NCBI GenBank assembly: GCA_046725285.1
Contig: JBKOYG010000047.1
Location: forward strand, 1,024 to 65,023
DNA length: 64,000 bases
Reading direction: 5' to 3'
DNA from: Verrucomicrobiota bacterium
GTDB taxonomy: Bacteria > Verrucomicrobiota > Verrucomicrobiia > Chthoniobacterales > UBA10450
The notes under the pieces were generated by a model. The model did no database searches and was not told where the DNA came from. It was given only the letters and a program-made list of their open reading frames with translations. Below are positions 40,627 through 50,730 of the stretch, piece after piece. Numbering within the stretch: position 1 is the stretch's first letter; each line of letters starts with the position of its first letter. The translations under genes were made by a program, and so were the position numbers.

Positions 40627-42597
40627 GTGAATGAAACTCCTGTTGTGACCCAAGGCGATGGCGCTACCGGCGCCACTCCTACTTCCAGCCCCACTCCGGC
40701 TTCTAGTGCCAGTTCGGCTTCGGAACGCGCCGACCTGCGCCCTGAAAAAATTCAAGACGCTGTAATTCGTCTCGCCGGAAATTCGCAGGACGGAATTCAA
40801 ACCGCCGGCGCCTTTCTTGCCCGACTCGCGGGGCGCAGCGAACACGACGTCATGACCTACATGACCATTCCGGCCACGATCTCCGGCGGCCCCTCAATTT
40901 TCCAGGTGCGCATCGGTTCTGGCGAAGTGTTGTCAGCAGGCGACGAAGCCGATTTCCTGGTTGCGTTTTATCAACACAGTTATCAAGACCACATCCATTT
41001 CCTGCGTGACGGCGGCGTTTTGCTTTACGATTCCGATAACGTCGAACCGAACCTAGACGACAAACGTTTCGTCTATGTCGGCGTCCCGATCACGGGTCTG
41101 ACCGTCGAGGCGCTCGGCGGCACCGCGAAGGACAAGGGCAAAAACATTTTTGTCCTCGGATTGATCTCGAAAATCTTCAACCTCGACGCCGACAAACTGA
41201 AAAGACTGATTAGCGAAAAATTCGCAGGCAAAAACGAGAGCGTGGTGAACACGGCATTGATGGCTTTTCAGGCCGGCTACGCGTATCCCGTCGGCAATAT
41301 CCTGACAAAGCATTATCGATTCGAGCACATCCCGAGAGCGAGCGGCCGCGCCCAGATCTGCATGGACGGCAACCAAGCGCTCGCGTACGGACTCATTGCC
41401 GCGGGCGTTCGCTACGGCGCCGGTTACCCGATCACGCCGTGGTCGTCCGTGATGGAAGTTTTACGGCGTGAGCTGCCGAAGTATGGAGGCATCTTTGTCC
41501 AAGCCGAGGACGAGCTGGCATCGGTATCGATCGCCATCGGATGTTCGTATTCAGGATATCTTGCGGTGACCGGTAGCGCTGGTCCGGGCATTTCGCTCAA
41601 GGCCGAAGCGATTGGCTGGGCGTCGATGGCCGAGATCCCGCTGATCATTTGCAACATTCAACGCGGAGGCCCAAGCACGGGCCTGCCTACCAACGTCGAG
41701 CAAAGCGATTTGCATCAGGCAATCTTTGGCAGTCACGGCGATAGCCCGCGCGTGGTGCTCGCGCCATCGACTGTGGAAGATTGTTTTTACATCGCGCTCG
41801 AAGCAGCACGCATCGCCCGCAAATACAGCACGCCCGTATTCATTTTGAGCGACACCTCCCTGGCCACGCGCATTGAGGCGTTCGATGAACCCGATCTGCC
41901 GAAGCTGATGCAAAATCCAAAGCCCGATCTGACGCCGCGACAGACACACAAGCCGTATCCCATCGATCAAATCACGCAGCACGTCCCGCCGGGCACGCGC
42001 ATTCTCGATGGAAAATACCCGCTTCTCGCCGGACTCGAGCACGACGAGATGGGACACCCGACCGGCAGTCCGAAGTTGCACATGGCCATGACCGCAAAGC
42101 GTCGCAACAAATTGCGCAAACTCGCCGAAGAAATTCCGGTGCCGGAAGTCTATGGCGATCCAGAGGGCGGCACCTTGCTCGTCGGCTGGGGTTCAACTTA
42201 CGGGCCCATTCACGACGCGGTGGCGCGTGCGCGCGAACACGGCGAAAAAGTCGGCGCGCTGCACTTGCGACATCTCCATCCGTTGCCAAACGGACTCGAG
42301 AAAATTTTCGAAAAGTTCAAGCGCATCGTCACGGTTGAAATGAACGACCAGGGACTCTATGGCTATGGCCAGCTGGCCACGATTTTGCGAGCGCGCTACT
42401 GCGAACCGAAAATCACCAGCTTCACCAAGACCGACGGGCTCACCTTCCGGGTGAAAGAAATTTTGGACGGCGTGTTCCATGGCCACTCGTTCGCTGCGCG
42501 ACATATTCCGCGTGACGGCGCACCGATCGTTCACGAAGACACCGGCGCGGAAAACGTGAAATCATTGAGAGAAATCGTGCCACAGGGAGTGGGATGA
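40627..42597 (+). CDS. korA: 2-oxoglutarate/2-oxoacid:ferredoxin oxidoreductase alpha subunit
   Basis: GNSQDGIQTAG, GYPITPWS, typical KorA length, followed by a TPP-binding beta subunit. GTG start. Confidence 0.8.
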   Translation: MNETPVVTQGDGATGATPTSSPTPASSASSASERADLRPEKIQDAVIRLAGNSQDGIQTAGAFLARLAGRSEHDVMTYMTIPATISGGPSIFQVRIGSGEVLSAGDEADFLVAFYQHSYQDHIHFLRDGGVLLYDSDNVEPNLDDKRFVYVGVPITGLTVEALGGTAKDKGKNIFVLGLISKIFNLDADKLKRLISEKFAGKNESVVNTALMAFQAGYAYPVGNILTKHYRFEHIPRASGRAQICMDGNQALAYGLIAAGVRYGAGYPITPWSSVMEVLRRELPKYGGIFVQAEDELASVSIAIGCSYSGYLAVTGSAGPGISLKAEAIGWASMAEIPLIICNIQRGGPSTGLPTNVEQSDLHQAIFGSHGDSPRVVLAPSTVEDCFYIALEAARIARKYSTPVFILSDTSLATRIEAFDEPDLPKLMQNPKPDLTPRQTHKPYPIDQITQHVPPGTRILDGKYPLLAGLEHDEMGHPTGSPKLHMAMTAKRRNKLRKLAEEIPVPEVYGDPEGGTLLVGWGSTYGPIHDAVARAREHGEKVGALHLRHLHPLPNGLEKIFEKFKRIVTVEMNDQGLYGYGQLATILRARYCEPKITSFTKTDGLTFRVKEILDGVFHGHSFAARHIPRDGAPIVHEDTGAENVKSLREIVPQGVG

Positions 42598-42666
42598 TGA
42601 ACTGCAGAATGCTGATTTCGGATTGCGGATTTTCGATTTAACGAGTTAACGATTTAACGAACCCCA

Positions 42667-43647
42667 ATGAGTGAAGAAACAACAGGCAACGGCGACGGCA
42701 CCACAACTGTAGCGGCAGGCGTGTCGCCGATCGCGGAACCGCCACGCGAAAAACTAACCAAAAAAGCCATCACCGCGGATCACCCGACGTGGTGTCCCGG
42801 CTGCGGAGATTTTGCGGTCCTCGCCGCGTTCTACAAAGTCCTGGAGAAACGTAATCTCGAGCACGAAAAGATCGTGACTCTCGCAGGCATCGGTTGTTCG
42901 TCGCGCTTTCCTTATTTCGTTAACGGCCACGGCGCGCACTTCATCCACGGCCGCGCCGTGCCGCTCGCGTCCGGCATCAGCCTCGCCCGGCCCGATCTCC
43001 ATGTGTTTCTGTTCGGCGGCGACGGCGACGGTTTCTCCATCGGCGGCAACCATCTCGATCACGGAGCGCGCAAGAACATCAACATGACTTATTTCATCAT
43101 GGACAACTTCGTTTATGGACTGACGAAGAAGCAGACCTCGCCCACGTCGCCGATCGGATTCAAGAGCAAGACCGACCCCACGGGCGCAATCGATCAGCCG
43201 GTCAATCCGATGAAAAAATTGATCGCTGGCGGGGCGACCTTCATCGCGCGCACCCACGCTGCGAATGTCAATCACATGATCCAGATGATCGAGCGCGCGT
43301 TCGATCATCAGGGCTTCAGCGTCATCGAGTGCTTGAGCGAATGCGTGGAATTTTTCCCGGACGTATTCGATCCAGCCAACCCGCGCAAAGGCGGAAGCTT
43401 CGAAGTGATCCAGGAAAAGAAATGGGACGGCACACCAGAAGACGAGTTACGACATGACGTGACGGATGAGTTGGCCGCGTACAAGTTGGCGTCGCTCCCG
43501 TTCCCAGGCGTCTTCGGCGTGTTCTACGAAACCGATCGCCCTACCAAAAACGCGCTGGAGAAAAAGTGGATCGAAACCACACGCGAAAAGACCAGCGAAG
43601 CAAGCGATCTCGAGATTCTGCAAAAAACGTTCGACAGAATGAAGTGA
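42667..43647 (+). CDS. korB: 2-oxoacid:ferredoxin oxidoreductase beta subunit (TPP-binding)
   Basis: WCPGCGDF, GIGCSSR, GGDGDGFSIGGNH, MDNFVYGLTKKQ. Confidence 0.85.
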   Translation: MSEETTGNGDGTTTVAAGVSPIAEPPREKLTKKAITADHPTWCPGCGDFAVLAAFYKVLEKRNLEHEKIVTLAGIGCSSRFPYFVNGHGAHFIHGRAVPLASGISLARPDLHVFLFGGDGDGFSIGGNHLDHGARKNINMTYFIMDNFVYGLTKKQTSPTSPIGFKSKTDPTGAIDQPVNPMKKLIAGGATFIARTHAANVNHMIQMIERAFDHQGFSVIECLSECVEFFPDVFDPANPRKGGSFEVIQEKKWDGTPEDELRHDVTDELAAYKLASLPFPGVFGVFYETDRPTKNALEKKWIETTREKTSEASDLEILQKTFDRMK

Positions 43648-43667
43648 CAATGCCTGTGGCATTGTCA
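43645..43667 (+). terminator. Perfect 10-bp hairpin at the korB stop codon
   Basis: TGACAATGCC-tgt-GGCATTGTCA. No U-tract follows, so terminator function is uncertain. It runs into a half copy of the 16672-type element (43663-43691). Confidence 0.4.
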
Positions 43668-43774
43668 TCCTGAGCGTAGTCGAAGGATCTCATGGACAGC
43701 GCGGCGTCTCTCGCTCCCGCTTCTTAATTCTTTTTCGCTACTTTCTTGATCCAGCTCTGGTTAACCATTAAGAC

Positions 43775-44872
43775 ATGAAAATTATGAAACTGCGTTCCTT
43801 TGTTTTTGCCGCATTACTATTTGTTAGCTTACCGTTGGCGTCCTCGCACGCCCAGGTAGGCATATCGGTCAATTTCGCTCCGCCGGTTCTGCCAGTATAT
43901 GAGCAACCGCCCTGCCCGGTTGCAGGTTATATCTGGACTCCGGGTTACTGGGCGTGGGGTGACTGGGATTATTACTGGGTGCCGGGCGTCTGGGTCCCTC
44001 CGCCATCAGTGGGTCTGCTTTGGACACCGCCGTGGTGGGGCTGGAACAATGGCGTTTACGTCTTTAACCAGGGCTACTGGGGACCGACTGTCGGTTTTTA
44101 TGGAGGCATTAATTACGGTTATGGCTACACCGGAAACGGCTACTGGGGCGGACGATGGAGTGGAAACACGTTCCAGTACAACACCGCTGTGACGCGCGTG
44201 AATACGAACGTTGTCCATAATACCTATGTCAATAAGTCGGTGACCAATCAGCTGAACGCTAACCGCGCCAGCTTTAACGGTCTTAATGGAGTAAACGCGC
44301 AGGAGACGGCGGCACAAAAAGCCGCTGCGGCGAACGCTAAAAAAGTGCCGCTAACCTCACAGCAGCTTGCGCGTCAGGAAGCGGCGAGCAAGGATCAAAA
44401 TCTCCGCGCCTCAGTCAACAAGGGCAAACCGAATGCCGACGCCATCAAGTCATTCAACAAGGATGAAGGCACGGGCCAAGGCAAGGGCGCGCAGGGACTC
44501 GAAGCTGGAGCAGGAAAAGGTGGAAACAAACCGGGGAACATAACTGAACATAATCTTCAGGGAGCAGGAGCAGGTAATAAGGCGGGAGCAAACGGGAACA
44601 AGCTCAAGACCGGAAATCAAGGGAACATGCGAAAGGTTGGAGGAAACCAAGCCAAAATGCACTCTGGCAAGATGGCTGGACCCGGAGGTGGTGCTGCTCA
44701 CGGGCCATATCGGATGTCTCAAAGATCGGGCCAACCCAAAATGGCTGCGCATGGTCCCCAAATGGGAGGGAAGCATCCGCAAATGGGAGGAGGAAATCGC
44801 GGCCCTGCGACCGGACAACAGCAAGGCAAGAAAAAGTCAGGCAAACCCGAACAGCAGCACGGCAACCGTTAG
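43775..44872 (+). CDS. Secreted WXXGXW/YxWGxW-repeat protein with a Gly/Lys/Asn/Gln-rich tail
   Basis: Signal peptide MKIMKLRSFVFAALLFVSLPLASSHA, then GYIWTPGYWAWGDWDYYWVPGVWVPPP...WTPPWWGWNNGVYVF. Confidence 0.6.
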   Translation: MKIMKLRSFVFAALLFVSLPLASSHAQVGISVNFAPPVLPVYEQPPCPVAGYIWTPGYWAWGDWDYYWVPGVWVPPPSVGLLWTPPWWGWNNGVYVFNQGYWGPTVGFYGGINYGYGYTGNGYWGGRWSGNTFQYNTAVTRVNTNVVHNTYVNKSVTNQLNANRASFNGLNGVNAQETAAQKAAAANAKKVPLTSQQLARQEAASKDQNLRASVNKGKPNADAIKSFNKDEGTGQGKGAQGLEAGAGKGGNKPGNITEHNLQGAGAGNKAGANGNKLKTGNQGNMRKVGGNQAKMHSGKMAGPGGGAAHGPYRMSQRSGQPKMAAHGPQMGGKHPQMGGGNRGPATGQQQGKKKSGKPEQQHGNR

Positions 44873-44882
44873 AGGCGCCTTT

Positions 44883-45701
44883 TTAGACCGCGACCGTAAC
44901 GCGCAGGAAGGTTGCAGGAATCGAGGTCGCAGGCTGACTCTTGTTTTGCCTGTTGAACAACTCTTCCAATTCTTTCTGTAGCTCAGTCGCTCGACCTTTT
45001 TTTTCCGCGGCTTCGAACGCATTCATGGTCGGCCCATAATATTTCCTGAATTCGTCCACGAACGCCGAGGGCGTGCCCGGGAAGTTGAAAGTGAACGTGT
45101 CCCGCGCGAACGAGATTTTCTCCGCCGGAACTCCTGCCGCGCCAAAACGCTCAATTACATTGCTCTCAATGCCCCATGTCATTGGGCTAACGAAACCTTC
45201 CGGCGGTGGCGGCGTGTAGTTTGAACTGATCTTCAAAATCTGCGCCACGAGTGTCGGATCATTGGGAATCCAGTTGCCCATCACGATACGACCTCCCCGT
45301 CGCGTCACGCGCACCATCTCTTTTGCGACCTCGAACGGCTTGGGCGCAAACATCGCGCCGAAGACACTGACGACCAGATCAAAGGTCTTGTCCGGCAACT
45401 GCTCCAGATTGGATGCATCTCCTTCTTGAAACTTTAAGTTGTTCAGGCCTTGTTTCGTAGCCCGTTTGTTCCCAGCCTCGACCAGGTTTCGTGCAATATC
45501 GACGCCCAGCACGTCTGCGCCGAGTTTCGCCTCGGGCAACGCCGTGGTGCCATCGCCGCAGCAGAGATCCAGCACCTTGAGTCCTTTCGTGATTCCGAGT
45601 CGCTGCACAAGCGCCTCCCCGCTTTCACGCATGGTCTCGGCAATACGCGTGAAATCGCCTTTTTCCCAGAGTGCTTTGTTTGGATTCGCAGGAGCATTCA
45701 T
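44883..45701 (-). CDS. Class I SAM-dependent methyltransferase
   Basis: Motif I VLDLCCGDGT, then DLVVSVFGAMF and GGRIVMGNW. Confidence 0.75.
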   Translation of the reverse strand: MNAPANPNKALWEKGDFTRIAETMRESGEALVQRLGITKGLKVLDLCCGDGTTALPEAKLGADVLGVDIARNLVEAGNKRATKQGLNNLKFQEGDASNLEQLPDKTFDLVVSVFGAMFAPKPFEVAKEMVRVTRRGGRIVMGNWIPNDPTLVAQILKISSNYTPPPPEGFVSPMTWGIESNVIERFGAAGVPAEKISFARDTFTFNFPGTPSAFVDEFRKYYGPTMNAFEAAEKKGRATELQKELEELFNRQNKSQPATSIPATFLRVTVAV

Positions 45702-45810
45702 AATGTGAGCTTATAGGTTGGCTTGTGTGGTCGCCGTTAATTTGAAGCCGTGACAAAACATGACAATCGAGCCAGCCGCAAGCGATCCGATCATACTTCT
45801 GTAGCAATTC

Positions 45811-45834
45811 TGTAGCGGCGGTCTATGACCGCCG
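45811..45834. repeat. Short REP hairpin TGTAGCGGCGGTCTATGACCGCCG
   Basis: GGCGGTC-tatg-GACCGCC. A near-identical copy lies at 56264-56287 (one loop difference). Confidence 0.65.
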
Positions 45835-45919
45835 AAACCTTGGCGAAGGCGAATGTCACCGAAATGACTCTCGCGTTTCGTTCGCGAAAGAGTTTAGTAC
45901 AGTTTCTTGTTCTCCTGCC

Positions 45920-47326
45920 ATGAAAGAGGAACCGCTCGATACCCATTCAAAGGCGCTCCGGATCAATCTTGATCCGCGCTGGTACGGCACCTTTGCCGAG
46001 ATCGGCGCGGGACAGGAAGTGGTGCGCTGGTTTTTCCGGGTTGGCGGCGCCGCGGGGACGGTCGCGAAGAGCATGTCGGCTTACGACATGAAAGTGAGCG
46101 ACGCCATCTACGGCCGCGCTGACCGCTACGTTTCGCGCGGCCGGCTCCAGGCGATGCTCGATCACGAATTTGAGCTCAACATGGAGCGACTGGGGCAGGA
46201 GCGCGGCTATACCACTTCATTTTTCGCCTTCGCCGATACGGTAATGGCGCGGAGCTATCGCGGCACACCCGAGTGCCACGGCTGGATGGGAATCAAGTTT
46301 CAGAGCCGCGTCAACGATCAGCCCAGCCAGATCGTGATGCACGTGCGCATGCTGGACGAGGAAGCATCGGCGCAACAAGAGGCGCTCGGCATTGTGGGCG
46401 TGAACCTGTGCTACGGCGCGTTTTTCCTAAGTCATGTACCGGAGGAACTCATCGAATCGCTGCTCGATAATCTCACCACGCGTCGCATCGAGATTGACAT
46501 GCTCGAGTTCAGCGGAATCGAATTTCGCAACGTGGACAACCGCATCATGGCGCTCAAGCTCGTGCAGCTGGGGCTAAGCCGTGCCGCCATGTTCGGCCCG
46601 AACCGTGACGTGCTGCAGCCGTCCGACGTGATGCACAACAAGGCCGTCCTGGTCGAGCGCGGCAGTTTTCGTCCGGTCACGAACGTCAGTATCGACATGT
46701 TGGAGGCCGCCCTGGCGAAGTTTAAACAAGACCCTGCCGTAGTGGACAAGCCTGTCGTCTCGTTCATGGAACTGACCATGCGCAATCTGCTGGCAGGCGG
46801 CAAAGAGGTTGACCTTCGCGATTTCCTTGCGCGCGCAGAGACCCTGGCCGCGTGCGGCATGACTGTGATGATCTCGGATTACTTTCGATACTACAGACTC
46901 GCCGGCTATCTCTCTTGGCGGACGCGCGAACGCATCGGCATCGTCATGGGTGTGCCGAGCATTTATGAGTTATTCGACGAAAAATATTACACCGAACTAC
47001 CCGGCGGAATTCTTGAGAGCTTCGGCCGCCTCTTTAAAAACGACTTAAAAGTTTACGTGTATCCGCTGCAGCGAAGTCCCGCCGACGAGATACAAACCAT
47101 TCACACCGTGCAGGTGAAACCTGAGCTGCAACCGCTCTACGGTTATCTGGTCGGTCGCGGCAGTTTCGTGCAGCTCGATAACTACAATCCCAAATATCTG
47201 CCGATCTTTTCACGGGACGTGCTCAAGCGCATCGCCGCCGGCGACGAAAGCTGGGACAAGATGGTGCCGCCGCAAGTTGCCGAGATCATCCGCCGTCGCG
47301 GCTTCTTCGGCTACCAGAAACGGTAA
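45920..47326 (+). CDS. Conserved hypothetical protein (468 aa) of unknown function
   Basis: Long clean ORF. The N-terminal RINLDPRWYGTFAEIGAGQEVVRWFFRVGGAAGTVAKSMSAYDM looks familiar as a conserved uncharacterised family, but I cannot name it. Confidence 0.6.
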   Translation: MKEEPLDTHSKALRINLDPRWYGTFAEIGAGQEVVRWFFRVGGAAGTVAKSMSAYDMKVSDAIYGRADRYVSRGRLQAMLDHEFELNMERLGQERGYTTSFFAFADTVMARSYRGTPECHGWMGIKFQSRVNDQPSQIVMHVRMLDEEASAQQEALGIVGVNLCYGAFFLSHVPEELIESLLDNLTTRRIEIDMLEFSGIEFRNVDNRIMALKLVQLGLSRAAMFGPNRDVLQPSDVMHNKAVLVERGSFRPVTNVSIDMLEAALAKFKQDPAVVDKPVVSFMELTMRNLLAGGKEVDLRDFLARAETLAACGMTVMISDYFRYYRLAGYLSWRTRERIGIVMGVPSIYELFDEKYYTELPGGILESFGRLFKNDLKVYVYPLQRSPADEIQTIHTVQVKPELQPLYGYLVGRGSFVQLDNYNPKYLPIFSRDVLKRIAAGDESWDKMVPPQVAEIIRRRGFFGYQKR

Positions 47327-47336
47327 AGGTAAACCG

Positions 47337-48275
47337 GTGAAACTAGCCGCTGTGGTGCTGCTATCGCTGGTGATGGCGTTACCGGCCATTCCCCAGGCCC
47401 CGGTTATACCAAAACGTCTGACGAACGTAATCGATTCTTATCCGCAGTTATCTAAAGACGGGAAGCTGCTTGTTTTTCAATCTAACCGTTCCGGCACGAT
47501 GCAGATTTATATAAGTAAGGCCGATGGAACCGATATTCGCCAACTTACACATCTTGATTTTCCCGCCCACGGCCCGTGCTGGTCGCGCGATATGAAACAA
47601 ATTGTTTTCGCCGGTGAACCTTCCGGTCACTCGGAAATCTTCGTTATGAATGCAGACGGCAGCGGTATTCTGCAACTAACCCACACGGGCGGCGATGATT
47701 CGCACCCGCACTGGTCGATCGACGGTTCGCGCATCATGTTCAACTCTTCGCGAACTACGCCAGACGCTAAGGCCGATTGGTCGAAGCAATGGCATGAACT
47801 TTTCAGCATGAAACCGGACGGGAGCGACGTGCAGCAGCACACGCATTTTCACACCGTGTGTACGTTTGGATCGTTCTCCCCCGATATGAAACGCATCGTT
47901 TATCGAAAGGTGATCGATGGACCGGCCTTTCAGTGGGACCTCGCAACCATCGGCCGCAACTCCGAAGTGTTTGTGGCAAATGCCGACGGATCGAATGAAG
48001 TTAATTTGTCGAAGAGCGCGGCCTTTGACGGGTGGCCCGCATGGTCACCCGACGGCAAACTGATTGCATTTAGTTCTAATCGCGCCGGTCCTGCGAATAT
48101 CGGCCAAATTTTTGTGGTCAATCCAGACGGCTCGGGGTTGCGCCAATTAACCAACGGGCCGGGCGGATTTGCCCAACCATCATGGTCATGGGACGGACGG
48201 CAGGTCCTTGCCTACCAGAATTGGGAGACCGCTCAGTATGAGTACGGAAACATTGCCGTAATCGAGCTCCACTGA
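47337..48275 (+). CDS. TolB-like periplasmic beta-propeller protein (PD40/WD40-like repeats)
   Basis: Repeated SxDGKxIxFxSNRSG...IYxxNxDGSxxxQLT units. GTG start at 47337 followed by a signal peptide. Confidence 0.7.
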   Translation: MKLAAVVLLSLVMALPAIPQAPVIPKRLTNVIDSYPQLSKDGKLLVFQSNRSGTMQIYISKADGTDIRQLTHLDFPAHGPCWSRDMKQIVFAGEPSGHSEIFVMNADGSGILQLTHTGGDDSHPHWSIDGSRIMFNSSRTTPDAKADWSKQWHELFSMKPDGSDVQQHTHFHTVCTFGSFSPDMKRIVYRKVIDGPAFQWDLATIGRNSEVFVANADGSNEVNLSKSAAFDGWPAWSPDGKLIAFSSNRAGPANIGQIFVVNPDGSGLRQLTNGPGGFAQPSWSWDGRQVLAYQNWETAQYEYGNIAVIELH

Positions 48276-48313
48276 AACCAGTCACGATCTTTCCGGATCT
48301 AACAAAAGACGCC

Positions 48314-48336
48314 AGCTTCGAAGTGATCCAGGAAAA
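48314..48336 (+). other. 23-nt exact copy of an internal korB segment (43396-43418)
   Basis: AGCTTCGAAGTGATCCAGGAAAA is identical at both sites. Weaker gapped similarity extends about 30 nt upstream. Confidence 0.8.
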
Positions 48337-48392
48337 AAACACGCCCCTCAACCAGGAAAGATTTTCCGGGTTTTCTTCCTAATTCTTCCTTC

Positions 48393-49763
48393 TTACTTCT
48401 GACTTTCTACCGCCGCTTCCAGTTCGGCGCGCATCGCCGACAAACTGACCTCGGACGGCATGATACCCGTGTCGGAGTAGGTGATGTTCACGCTCTGCCC
48501 GTTTTCTTTTGAGAATAAGAGTGTGCCGGCCATGCGTTCGAGTGACGCGACGTCTTCTTTCCAACCCGCTTCGCGAAACTGTGTCCGCAAAGCTTCGACA
48601 GCCGCTTTAGCTTTCCCCTTGCCGACAGTGAACTTGATCTCGTCCTTCGTCTGCTTCACGTCTTTGGCGTCCGCAGGCAGGGTGACGGCGACTTTCGGCA
48701 CCTTGTTTCGTTCGGCCAACTCGGCTGCTTCCTTTGCTGCTTTCGCTTCGGCGGCAGCGCGCAGCTTGGGCGCCTCCTCTTTTATTCTGCGATCGAGCTC
48801 GGCGATTTCCGCCGCGCTTTGAAAACGAACCGATACGCCAAGCTTGCCGCCATAAACGCTGGGCATCGAAAGCGTGATCATATCCTTCGCGGGATTGCGA
48901 AAGATCATGGTCGGCTTCTCATCGACATCGACCAACTTATCTAGGGTGGATTTCCAGCCCGCGCTGGCCAGACTCTTTCGATAGAAATCAACGATCGCAT
49001 CCTGGTTTGCCGTGGTTGCGAAAGTTAATTCCGGCGGCTCATCAACGTAACGCAAATCCGCGACGTCCTGCGGCGCGGGAATATCAGCCGAAATTAGCTG
49101 GTTCGTATACTGGATCGCGGTCTTCCCGCCTTGCGCCGGCGCGGACGAGACAGTCGCCGTAACAAGGATTGCGTTTTGTTTGAACATCGCGGAATCGCCG
49201 GCGTTGCCGTACGGCACCCAGCTTTGCGCGACGAAAAGATTGCGACAGGCGTCTGCGGTCGCGGGCGCGCCGGCCTCGGTGGTATACATTGCGGTGGAGT
49301 CGCCTTGATAGACGGGCTTTGCTCCCGGGGGAACGGGGAGTTTGCCGGGTTTCACGTTGCCCTGATTCAGCAACCTGACATACAAGCTGCCGTCGCCATG
49401 TGGAGTGACCGAGACAAAAACCACAAACCCGTTACGCGAGAACATCGCGCTGGCGTATTGGTCGGTGACGGAGCTGTTCGGCAATTCTTTCCAACCTTGG
49501 GCGACGAGCGCCTTCCGGTTAAATTCGAACGCCGTCTTCACATCGCCGGTTGCGAGATAAGAAAGGTTGGCGACGTGACGCGACTCCAGCGGCTTCGCAC
49601 CGTCCATGAGTGGGAACGTTGATAGATCCAGGATCTGAGCCGCCTGTTCGACTGTGGCTGGCGTTTTGATCGCGTCGGCAGACGTCGTGTCTTCCACTGC
49701 CCGGTTTTTCGCTCCACATCCGAACAGACAAGCAAATGCGCACGCCACGAAGGCGTTTTTCAT
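48393..49763 (-). CDS. Hypothetical lipoprotein
   Basis: Lipobox in MKNAFVACAFACLFGCG. About 456 aa. No recognisable catalytic motifs. Confidence 0.55.
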   Translation of the reverse strand: MKNAFVACAFACLFGCGAKNRAVEDTTSADAIKTPATVEQAAQILDLSTFPLMDGAKPLESRHVANLSYLATGDVKTAFEFNRKALVAQGWKELPNSSVTDQYASAMFSRNGFVVFVSVTPHGDGSLYVRLLNQGNVKPGKLPVPPGAKPVYQGDSTAMYTTEAGAPATADACRNLFVAQSWVPYGNAGDSAMFKQNAILVTATVSSAPAQGGKTAIQYTNQLISADIPAPQDVADLRYVDEPPELTFATTANQDAIVDFYRKSLASAGWKSTLDKLVDVDEKPTMIFRNPAKDMITLSMPSVYGGKLGVSVRFQSAAEIAELDRRIKEEAPKLRAAAEAKAAKEAAELAERNKVPKVAVTLPADAKDVKQTKDEIKFTVGKGKAKAAVEALRTQFREAGWKEDVASLERMAGTLLFSKENGQSVNITYSDTGIMPSEVSLSAMRAELEAAVESQK

Positions 49764-49865
49764 CACGGTGCGAGGGGAGACATAAACTACTTTGTCCATA
49801 GGCCGCGATAATATTGAAAATGAGCGGCAGACTTCGAGCGCGATCTTCGCGACGACCGGCAAAGC

Positions 49866-50294
49866 TCAATCCAATGGATGCCGCCACTTCAGGCCGGGGA
49901 ATCGCGCAAACCCACGATCGAGCGTTAACCATTCGCAACCAAGCTCGATCGCCAGCGCGGCGTGGAAAGCGTCCGGCACAAGATTGCCTCGCGCGTCGCT
50001 TCGCCGACAGAGATCCACGAAAATTTTCCAGTGTCCAGCTCCAGGCCCCAGAAGATGCACCTCTTCACGCGAACGAAAGTCTTCCAAAAAATCGAGCGCC
50101 TGATTCAGTGGCGTCGGTTTCTTGAAAGTCTTCGGATGCGTGATCACGCGCAGGCAGCCACTCAAGGCGAGTTCCGATACGGCGACTCCAGCGGGAGCGC
50201 GCAGGGCTGCTTCCAGCCACGACTTGATTTCACGGTGTTGATCGGCGTCCTCGCGATGCGCGCTGACCAGAATATTGACGTCCAGGAGAATCAT
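49866..50294 (-). CDS. vapC: PIN-domain toxin, VapC family
   Basis: MILLDVNILV... (first acidic residue) and ...DAFHAALAIELGCEWLTLDRGF. 4-nt overlap with the upstream antitoxin gene. Confidence 0.75.
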   Translation of the reverse strand: MILLDVNILVSAHREDADQHREIKSWLEAALRAPAGVAVSELALSGCLRVITHPKTFKKPTPLNQALDFLEDFRSREEVHLLGPGAGHWKIFVDLCRRSDARGNLVPDAFHAALAIELGCEWLTLDRGFARFPGLKWRHPLD

Positions 50295-50533
50295 CGCGAT
50301 TCCATCGCGTCCAGGAGCGCCGCGGAGGAGTTGAGATCGATCCCCGGTTGAACTCCCGTGCCCTTGAATGTCTTCAACGGACGGTGCGAGCTGGACCGGG
50401 TCGTCTTTTGTCCTCTAGCAAATGCCGCACGGAGCGCGTCCTCGATTACTTCCCGGAGCGAACTCCGGCGTTCGTGAGCAATTTTCTTCGCCTTTTGCAA
50501 AAGCGAATCCTCGATCGAGATTGTCGTCCTCAT
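50291..50533 (-). CDS. vapB: Antitoxin of the VapBC-type module
   Basis: 80 aa. MRTTISIEDSLLQKAKKIA... is typical of small DNA-binding antitoxins. Translationally coupled to vapC. Confidence 0.65.
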   Translation of the reverse strand: MRTTISIEDSLLQKAKKIAHERRSSLREVIEDALRAAFARGQKTTRSSSHRPLKTFKGTGVQPGIDLNSSAALLDAMESR

Positions 50534-50627
50534 GCATCAAAGCATATCGAGACTGCATCATGATGTCAAAGTACCTGCTTCAGTTCCATTTCTCAACCAT
50601 CACTCTCAACTATCAGCTTCCCCCCAA

Positions 50628-50667
50628 GAGATCATCCGCCGCCGCGGTTTCTTCGGATACAAAAACG
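50628..50667 (+). other. Relic copy (R2) of the last ~14 codons of the gene ending at 47326
   Basis: GAGATCATCCGCCGCCGCGGTTTCTTCGGATACAAAAACG versus 47282-47322 GAGATCATCCGCCGTCGCGGCTTCTTCGGCTACCAGAAACG. About 36 of 41 positions match. It encodes EIIRRRGFFGY. Confidence 0.75.
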
Positions 50668-50691
50668 TTTTGGGGGCCGAGCATCGCTCGC

Positions 50692-50715
50692 TGTAGTGGC
50701 GGCTGTGTCGGCCGC
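50692..50715. repeat. Short REP-like hairpin TGTAGTGGCGGCTGTGTCGGCCGC
   Basis: GCGGC-tgtgtcg-GCCGC, with the TGTAG terminus. Sits directly after relic R2. Confidence 0.45.
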
Positions 50716-50730
50716 GGATCAAATCTTCAT

